32,000 bases of DNA from Candidatus Nanosynbacter lyticus (GTDB lineage Bacteria; Patescibacteriota; Saccharimonadia; Saccharimonadales; Saccharimonadaceae), in NCBI RefSeq assembly GCF_030253515.1, contig NZ_CP124549.1:480001-512000 (forward strand). The letters run 5' to 3'. Made by a program: the position numbers and the translations under genes. Below, piece after piece: positions 18,937 to 25,172 of the stretch. The stretch's first letter is position 1; each line of letters starts with the position of its first letter. Below the pieces are notes generated by a model. The model did no database searches and was not told the DNA's origin. It saw only the letters and a program-made list of their open reading frames with translations.

Positions 18937-19392
18937 TCACCCTTGAGCGGCAATGATCTGCGCCTGAATCCGGTCAAGCTCCGCCTCATCCATCTTTGGC
19001 CCCTCGGTCGTCGTCAGCCAGCCGCGATAGCTCTCGTGGAACTCTGCATTCTCCGCCCAGACGTCAGTCCGCCCCGCCAAATCACCATGTAGCGGATACA
19101 GTTTGGCGTGCACATGCGCTACGCCCGTTCCCTCGAACACCAGCGCTACCCGCGGCGTATTAAACGCTCGTTCTAGTAGCCGCGCCACTTGACGCACTGC
19201 TCGCATAAACTCGAGATATAGCGTCTCGTCAATCGCAAAAATATAATCACCCGGATTATGCTTTGGAATGACCACTGTCACCCCCGGGGTATTTGGAAAC
19301 GGCGTGAGAAACGCCAGGAACTGCTCGTCCTCCCAAACCTTCCATGATTTTACGGTGCCTGATACAATGTCGTCGAAAATTGTATGGTTCAT
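18937..19392 (-). CDS. HIT-family nucleotide hydrolase/transferase-like protein with a variant triad (HVHAK)
   Basis: HIT-like fold sequence ending in GVAHVHAKLYPLHG. AAAGGAG SD 5 nt upstream of the ATG at 19392; the ORF-track start at 19407 is a TTG. Confidence 0.75.
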   Translation of the reverse strand: MNHTIFDDIVSGTVKSWKVWEDEQFLAFLTPFPNTPGVTVVIPKHNPGDYIFAIDETLYLEFMRAVRQVARLLERAFNTPRVALVFEGTGVAHVHAKLYPLHGDLAGRTDVWAENAEFHESYRGWLTTTEGPKMDEAELDRIQAQIIAAQG

Positions 19393-19548
19393 AGTTACTC
19401 CTTTCAAATAATTATAGCAAATAATTTTAAGCTAAAGCAAAATACAACGTAAGGCTACATCCCGTGTTATACTCACAACTTCCCACTAGGTTTAGTCCTA
19501 TGGTTAAACTATTGCTGCAGAGGTAATCTATTATTTTATGCCATAATT

Positions 19549-19603
19549 TTGACAAAATCCATTGACGTTTTGTTCTATTATTTGATATATATATCAGCCT
19601 TTG
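19549..19603 (+). promoter_or_regulatory. Promoter module copy B: TTGACA-N7-TTGACG, 17/18-nt spacer, (A)TATATA, then TATCAGCCTTT
   Basis: TTGACA at 19549-19554, TTGACG at 19562-19567, TATATA at 19586-19591 and TATCAGCC at 19592-19599. Same order and spacing as copy A, with 1-2 nt indels. Confidence 0.65.
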
Positions 19604-19698
19604 CATCCGCAAGGGTCGGCGTTTCGCCCAAAGCCATTGGGCTTGAGACGCTCCACTTCGCGAGATAATTATCTCGCCTGACTCCAAGAGGAGTTATT
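19604..19698 (+). promoter_or_regulatory. Structured 5' leader with an SD-sequestering hairpin
   Basis: GCCCAA/TTGGGC hairpin. 18-nt perfect palindrome GCGAGATAATTATCTCGC (19660-19677). TGACTCC-AAGA-GGAGTTA hairpin (19679-19696) pairs the AGGAG SD. Confidence 0.5.
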
Positions 19699-19914
19699 AT
19701 GGGAACTAACAGCCAGTACGAGGGTGGTATGGGCCGCATCGGTGGAGAGGTCATGTACTGGGACAAGAACGATGACGGTACTACCAACATCTTCCCCGGT
19801 GGCATGCCCGGCGCACGGCCGCACGACCACATCGTCGTGAATGAGGACGGTGGTGTCGAGTATATGCGCGTCGACGGCGAGGTCATCAACGACTACCGCG
19901 ACCACCACGGCTGA
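19699..19914 (+). CDS. Hypothetical 71-aa Gly/Asp/His-rich soluble protein
   Basis: Strong SD (AGAGGAG, 5-nt spacing) and a terminator hairpin 18 nt after the stop. No similarity recognised. Confidence 0.6.
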   Translation: MGTNSQYEGGMGRIGGEVMYWDKNDDGTTNIFPGGMPGARPHDHIVVNEDGGVEYMRVDGEVINDYRDHHG

Positions 19915-19931
19915 TTCCTACTAAGCGGTTT

Positions 19932-19960
19932 GTGGCTTCCGTACAAAAAGCCACTTTTCC
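19932..19960 (+). terminator. Intrinsic terminator after the 71-aa ORF
   Basis: GTGGCTT / 9-nt loop / AAGCCAC followed by TTTTCCTTT. Confidence 0.75.
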
Positions 19961-19968
19961 TTTATAAT

Positions 19969-20319
19969 ATGTCATTGATTATGGATAATCATCATACTAT
20001 TATTGAGAAATTTACCGGCAAGCTTCATGAGTGCGCCTCACGTGGTCATTTTGAATTTACTAATCTGCCTATGGGGTCATATGACTTCTTTTACATCGTG
20101 ACTGAAGATAGATGCTTTGCTGGTGAAGTATGTCTTTTTAAGACGCGGTCTGTGTTGTATGACCCAATGAGCCGCTCAAGTGAAGCTTCTCCGATAGTTG
20201 GCGTAGAAGATGGATCTGGTAAAATTGTAGACTCTTGCTTCTCGTTGTATAGTCAACCAGATAATTTTATATTCTTCGACGGAGACTTCAACTATTGCTT
20301 ATATAAGCTAACACCGTAA
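19969..20319 (+). CDS. Hypothetical protein (116 aa from M14; the start could also be 19981)
   Basis: The ORF-track start (TTG at 19930) lies inside the terminator hairpin, so it is trimmed to the first ATG. TATAAT at 19963-19968. No SD and no recognisable domain. Confidence 0.4.
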   Translation: MSLIMDNHHTIIEKFTGKLHECASRGHFEFTNLPMGSYDFFYIVTEDRCFAGEVCLFKTRSVLYDPMSRSSEASPIVGVEDGSGKIVDSCFSLYSQPDNFIFFDGDFNYCLYKLTP

Positions 20320-20453
20320 GCTTAATGCTTTTTCATTTTTCAGGAACATAGACCAAACCATCTTCATCAGCGGAAGCTGTCGCCCAGCTACTCATGATTT
20401 CAGAATGATAGTCTTCAAATACTTGCTCATTCGTTGATTTTGGCCAGTTTGTC

Positions 20454-20738
20454 ATGGGATTTTTCGTGTTTGAGAATTGCAACCTGGATTACGCAAAGCA
20501 TATTTACAGGCAACCAGTCTGTTTTAAGAATTCATCAGTTCAGAGCGTAGATTTTCGCGGCGTCAAAGCTATTATTGAGGCAGGGGGCTGTGCCTTTCGC
20601 GGTATGAAATACGACGAGGAAACACAATTTATTTATGGTAGCGGCAAGTTGGCAGCACGATCACACTTTGTGAATCGCCAGGTGGACGATGGAGTGCAAG
20701 AGTTTTTTGATACGGCAAGATGTAGAGACTATAGATAG
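20454..20738 (+). CDS. Hypothetical protein, possibly a decayed fragment (pentapeptide-repeat-like stretches)
   Basis: Open frame of 94 aa without an SD or nearby -10 box. FENCNLDYA and FKNSSVQSVDFRG loosely resemble pentapeptide repeats. Confidence 0.3.
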   Translation: MGFFVFENCNLDYAKHIYRQPVCFKNSSVQSVDFRGVKAIIEAGGCAFRGMKYDEETQFIYGSGKLAARSHFVNRQVDDGVQEFFDTARCRDYR

Positions 20739-20802
20739 GTAACTGTATAATATAATTAATAGGCTAAATACAATACTAGATAAACGCCAGAAAGGCCACC
20801 AA

Positions 20803-21366
20803 ATGACCAAAAAACTATTAGAAATCGAACGCAAACGTCAATTAACTGGTGACGCAAACGAATTACTCAAGCGATTGCAAGACCTTGGTTTTGAACTACA
20901 GAGCAATCTCCACGAAATTGATACGTATTATTCTCGTCCTGATGTCGACTTTATGCAGACGGTTGAATGTCTGCGAATTCGCCAGCGCGATGGTTTTGCT
21001 GAGGTGACATATAAGCCTGCAACGACGGCTGCGACACATACGAAAAATAATGTGATTATTAAGCCCGAGACAAACCTGCCAATTCAGCCCGAGAGCGCAA
21101 CGGCTGCCAAACAACTGTTTGCTAACCTTGGCATGGTAAAACTGGTCGAGGTCAACAAATACCGGCGATCGTTCCAATCACCAAACTTTCCAAAAGCAAC
21201 AGTAGCTATTGATGAAATTAAAAACGCCGGCACGTTCGTGGAAGTTGAGGTTTTGTCAGACGATGAGACTAGTGCTCTAGCGATGATTAGTGACATTGAA
21301 ACCAAACTCGGCCTTGACTCGACAGAAGTTGTCACGCGGCCTTATCGGGATATTTGTATGGGATAA
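20803..21366 (+). CDS. CYTH-domain protein (class IV adenylyl cyclase / triphosphatase fold)
   Basis: N-terminal ExExK signature (EIERK, residues 7-11), 187-aa stand-alone size and the beta-rich alternating pattern typical of CYTH. TATAATATAAT at 20746-20756 upstream. Confidence 0.8.
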   Translation: MTKKLLEIERKRQLTGDANELLKRLQDLGFELQSNLHEIDTYYSRPDVDFMQTVECLRIRQRDGFAEVTYKPATTAATHTKNNVIIKPETNLPIQPESATAAKQLFANLGMVKLVEVNKYRRSFQSPNFPKATVAIDEIKNAGTFVEVEVLSDDETSALAMISDIETKLGLDSTEVVTRPYRDICMG

Positions 21367-21837
21367 TCAAGCTACGTTTTTATCAAATCCACGCCTCGCC
21401 CCACCGCCCAACCGCAGCAGTACATTATACAAAAACATGATAACTCCCCAAAAAATAACACTCAGATAATTACCCCAATTAAAATCATTCCAAGGATTGC
21501 GAGCCGGGCTGTCTGTCGGGTCGTACGCCACAAACCCCACTACGGCCATCACGAGAATGATCAAGAGTCCGGAGATGACAATTTCACGCACGTAGCTGGA
21601 GCGCTGAAATACTGATAGCCTCAGATTATATCGAGCCCCTGATGGCAACAACACTAGTAACACTATAACGATATATGATGGGATGGTTATTATACCCTCG
21701 AACACATCCCACGGGTTCACTTTCATGATATCAGGCTTCACTACCTTTACGATTTCTTGCATACCCAAGGACACCCCGAAGAATAACACCAGTATAATCA
21801 GTACTAGTCCAATAGAACTCCATCGCCTAGTCCACAT
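21367..21837 (-). CDS. Hypothetical 4-TM membrane protein, second gene of the AT-rich cassette
   Basis: GGGAG SD 6 nt upstream of the ATG, located inside the 3' end of the preceding gene. Four hydrophobic segments at about residues 8-26, 47-66, 84-106 and 123-143. Confidence 0.75.
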   Translation of the reverse strand: MWTRRWSSIGLVLIILVLFFGVSLGMQEIVKVVKPDIMKVNPWDVFEGIITIPSYIVIVLLVLLPSGARYNLRLSVFQRSSYVREIVISGLLIILVMAVVGFVAYDPTDSPARNPWNDFNWGNYLSVIFWGVIMFLYNVLLRLGGGARRGFDKNVA

Positions 21838-22753
21838 TGTTGGCTCCCGTTATGACATTGGTGGCTGCTTGATACACCTCGTGGATTTTACCAAAAACCT
21901 GGTTGTCATATTCTTCTCGATCTTCGATGCTGCTGTCTGGCAGTTCAATTGTATTCTTGAACTGCGGCTGCATAATGTTAACCGACGTCACTTCCATGCC
22001 CTCTTCAATCTCAACTTCGTAAACCTGCTTTTCGACACCCGGAAACTCCTTCATATAGTGATCAATGTACGCGCCAGGAGACAGAAACTTACCTCTACTC
22101 GGCCGAAAATCAATGACGATAGTACCAAGTGTATCAGTACGATTATCGATCAAAGGTGCGGAGAATAAACTCTTCGCTAGTTGGCTAATTTTATTATTGT
22201 GTTCTATGGCTTCGCGAGGAACAAATATCTTCGCGGATTTTATACGATGCGCCCGCCTGATTAACTCGATGGCGTCTGGATGACAAATCACCGTCCCGAT
22301 AAATGCTGCCTTTTCAGAAAGCGAAAGTTTTACTACTTGATTATTAATATACGCTAAAATCTTTACGTTTGTGGCGACGTTTCGGTTGTATTCTAATGCC
22401 ATAATTCCCTTATCAGCATAGTACAGAAAATGCACCACTTGCACCGGCAGCTGCCCATCAGGCAGCGGATAGCGCTTGACGAGATCATCATCGTCCTTGC
22501 CTATAGTAATCACATTTGACCCATACACGGCGATGATGCCAGCATAGCATTTGGATAGTTCGCTGGTTTTATGTAGCTTATCAAACTGCAAAAGCCGCAT
22601 GAAAGACTCATCATCATTCGGATTGTACTGCCAATTCCTATCGTCTTCTTCGAGGTTCATCAGATCACGAAGAACATCCTCAAACGGATAGCTGCCGTAC
22701 CCCTCATCGTCGCGATTGGTGATGTTGTAGAGAAAGACGTTGCGCTTAATCAT
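21827..22753 (-). CDS. Hypothetical 308-aa soluble protein, first gene of the AT-rich cassette
   Basis: GGAG SD 7 nt upstream of the ATG at 22753 (a GTG lies at 22756). Long uninterrupted frame in AT-rich DNA. No catalytic motif recognised by eye. Confidence 0.8.
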   Translation of the reverse strand: MIKRNVFLYNITNRDDEGYGSYPFEDVLRDLMNLEEDDRNWQYNPNDDESFMRLLQFDKLHKTSELSKCYAGIIAVYGSNVITIGKDDDDLVKRYPLPDGQLPVQVVHFLYYADKGIMALEYNRNVATNVKILAYINNQVVKLSLSEKAAFIGTVICHPDAIELIRRAHRIKSAKIFVPREAIEHNNKISQLAKSLFSAPLIDNRTDTLGTIVIDFRPSRGKFLSPGAYIDHYMKEFPGVEKQVYEVEIEEGMEVTSVNIMQPQFKNTIELPDSSIEDREEYDNQVFGKIHEVYQAATNVITGANNVD

Positions 22754-22784
22754 CACATATCTCCAAATGGACTAATTGACTGAA

Positions 22785-23828
22785 TTAAAACTGCTCCAAA
22801 AAGTCCAACTTACCGCTCTCAAAATGCCGCACGTCCTCGATGCCGTATTTCATCATCACCAAGCGGTCGATGCCGCAGCCAAAGGCAAAGCCGGTGTATT
22901 CATTCGGATCGATGTTAGCAGCTTTCAGCACATTCGGGTGAATCATGCCGCAGCCTAATAGCTCAATCCAGCCTTCGCCCGAACAGACTTTACAGTCCGG
23001 ATTTTTGCCTTCGCAAAACGGACAGCTCAGCGCAAATTCAAAGCTCGGTTCGGTGAACGGAAAATAAAATGGATTGACGCGCACATCCAATTGCTTGCCG
23101 TAATATTCCTGCAAAAACTCTTGCAACGTCGCGATGAGGTTGCCGACATTGACACCCTTGGCGACATACACACCTTCAACTTGGTAGAACGTGTGCTCGT
23201 GCCGCGCGTCCAAATCTTCGTTACGAAACACCCGGTCGGGCACGATGGCGGCGATCGCCTCGCCGTTTTCTAAATTACCATGATATTTTTTCAGCACGCG
23301 GTTTTGCATGGTCGAGGTGTGCGCCGGCGCAATCAAGCGGTCGCCATTAGCGTCAGTCTCCTCAGTCATGAACGTGTCATAATCATCGCGCGCTGGGTGA
23401 CCTTTCGGGAAATTCAGACTCTCGAACATATGGAATTGATCGTCAATCTCGCGCGATTCTTCCGTCACGAAACCCATGCGATTAAAAATGTCAGAAATCC
23501 GCTCAATCTCGGCGCTCAGCGGGTGAATCGTGCCGCGCTCACTCGGCAGCAAATCGGGTTGCGGCGCATTGACATCCATCGGCGCTGTCACGTCAATTGG
23601 CGGTAAATCAACTTTCGATAATTCAGCTTCACGAGCCGCGATCACCCGCTCCAATTCCTGCTTCAACTCATTGACTTTCTTACCAAACGCCCCGCGCTCT
23701 TCACTCGGTAGCGTCGCGATAACGCCGTATAGTTCCCGCAGCTCCGCGCTCCGCAACACGCTGCGCGGTTCAGCCGCCTCGGCTACGCGCGATAATAATA
23801 GTGCTCGAACTTCATCCAATTTTTCCAT
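22785..23828 (-). CDS. pheS: Phenylalanine--tRNA ligase alpha subunit
   Basis: Class II aaRS motifs (FRNEDLDARHEHTFYQVEG; GFAFGCGIDRLVM) and an N-terminal coiled-coil arm. Confidence 0.95.
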   Translation of the reverse strand: MEKLDEVRALLLSRVAEAAEPRSVLRSAELRELYGVIATLPSEERGAFGKKVNELKQELERVIAAREAELSKVDLPPIDVTAPMDVNAPQPDLLPSERGTIHPLSAEIERISDIFNRMGFVTEESREIDDQFHMFESLNFPKGHPARDDYDTFMTEETDANGDRLIAPAHTSTMQNRVLKKYHGNLENGEAIAAIVPDRVFRNEDLDARHEHTFYQVEGVYVAKGVNVGNLIATLQEFLQEYYGKQLDVRVNPFYFPFTEPSFEFALSCPFCEGKNPDCKVCSGEGWIELLGCGMIHPNVLKAANIDPNEYTGFAFGCGIDRLVMMKYGIEDVRHFESGKLDFLEQF

Positions 23829-23829
23829 G

Positions 23830-24066
23830 TCATCGCCCCTGCATTAGAAACATCCCAACAACCACGGCTGCCATGATCACAATTATAATCCAAGCTGGCG
23901 CCAGCGTCGTCGTCTGCTTCGTATCTTCCAAATATTTTACATCCTCTACGCCGTCTAGACTGGCTTTTTCCTGCAGACCCGACGCTTTGGCCTTCTCGCG
24001 CAGCTCCGCCGCAATGCGTTCTTGTAGTTCACTGCGCCGATCTTGTTGATTTACAAATAATCCCAT
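23830..24066 (-). CDS. Hypothetical 78-aa tail-anchored membrane protein heading the pheS transcription unit
   Basis: Charged N-terminal part and a single C-terminal TM segment (APAWIIIVIMAAVVVGMFL). The stop lies 1 nt before the pheS ATG. TATAAT lies 6 nt upstream of its ATG. Confidence 0.6.
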   Translation of the reverse strand: MGLFVNQQDRRSELQERIAAELREKAKASGLQEKASLDGVEDVKYLEDTKQTTTLAPAWIIIVIMAAVVVGMFLMQGR

Positions 24067-24122
24067 ATGTCGATTATACCAGATATGTTATAATGATAGT
24101 AATAGTACAGTAAGGAGGGACT

Positions 24123-25118
24123 ATGGCCACGAAGAAGACTACTAAAAAGGCCGCGACTGCAAAATCCAGTCCAAAGAAGACGACTGCTGCAGCTGCTACA
24201 TCGAAAACAACCGTAACGCGCGTCACCAGCAAAACTGAGGCGAAAAAACCAGAGGTCAAATCGACTGCCGTTAAGCCTGTCAGGACTAGCTCGCCGCGTA
24301 AAAAACTAGACAGCAAACTACCACGCAACCTTGTCAACATCGTATTGGCTGAAGTTGCCGGCACATTTATTTTGACATTAGTCGCCTTATTCTCGGCATA
24401 TATGATGACGCCGTTTTATGTCGGCCTCGCACTGGTAGTACTAGTACTCGGTATTGGTGCAATCTCTGGCGCGCACATTAACCCAGCCGTGACGTTCGGT
24501 CTCTGGACGATGCGCAAGCTTCGAGCTATACTCGTGCCGTTCTACTGGGCAGCACAATTCCTTGGCGCAATGGCTGCCGTTGTCTTGATGGGAGCAATTT
24601 CATCAGGCAGCTTCGTCATTAACTTTGACCAATTCACCACTTTCTCGTGGGCGATCTTTGCCGTCGAGCTCGTCGGTATGGCGGTCTTTATGTTTGGCAT
24701 CAGCGCAGCCCTATCGCGCACTGATCTCAAGAATACCAGTAAAGCCGTGGTCATTGGTATGTCATTGACACTTGGCTTGGTGGTTAGCGGTGCATTGCTA
24801 CCACTCGCCCAAAATGCTGCTGTTCAAAAGTACCAAGAAGAGCAAGCAAATGCGACTCGGCAAACTCAGCAGCTAAAGGATCAGCGCACCTACCCACGCG
24901 AAGTGTATATCAGCGGTGCAACACTGAACCCAGCAGTTGCTCTAGCGGTTACGGAAAAGACTAACTCACAGCTACAAAATGCTTCGGCACCAGCACAAAA
25001 AACAGAGAAGCTGTATACCCGCCTCAGCCTTGAGGTAATCGCTGCGACGCTCGTTGGTGCAGCACTCGGCGGTAACTTGTTCTTGCTCATCAACTACCGC
25101 AATAAGGAAGAAGAGTAA
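24123..25118 (+). CDS. MIP-family channel (aquaporin/glycerol facilitator-like) with a Lys/Thr/Ala-rich N-terminal extension
   Basis: Two NPA boxes (HINPAVTF and TLNPAVAL) and six hydrophobic segments. AAGGAGGG SD. Confidence 0.85.
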   Translation: MATKKTTKKAATAKSSPKKTTAAAATSKTTVTRVTSKTEAKKPEVKSTAVKPVRTSSPRKKLDSKLPRNLVNIVLAEVAGTFILTLVALFSAYMMTPFYVGLALVVLVLGIGAISGAHINPAVTFGLWTMRKLRAILVPFYWAAQFLGAMAAVVLMGAISSGSFVINFDQFTTFSWAIFAVELVGMAVFMFGISAALSRTDLKNTSKAVVIGMSLTLGLVVSGALLPLAQNAAVQKYQEEQANATRQTQQLKDQRTYPREVYISGATLNPAVALAVTEKTNSQLQNASAPAQKTEKLYTRLSLEVIAATLVGAALGGNLFLLINYRNKEEE

Positions 25119-25138
25119 ATCATAGTTCTACCATAACG

Positions 25139-25170
25139 ATATCCCGCCTCTTTTGGCGGGATATTTTTTG
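25139..25170. terminator. Bidirectional intrinsic terminator between the MIP gene and rmuC
   Basis: ATATCCCGCC / TCTTTT / GGCGGGATAT followed by TTTTT. Confidence 0.8.
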
Positions 25171-25172
25171 CG

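Larger units (their letters stand above)
19915..22756. other. AT-rich accessory block
   Basis: Hand counts of individual 60-nt lines give about 33-50% GC. Lines counted in flanking core genes (for example clpC) give about 55-62%. All ORFs here are orphans or accessory-type. Confidence 0.6.

Noticed and set aside
21683-22168. 161-aa plus-strand ORF antisense to the cassette, and the 24074..24364(-) ORF antisense to the MIP gene
   Set aside because: They overlap genes that have good SDs and coherent membrane or soluble protein character. They have no translation signals of their own.
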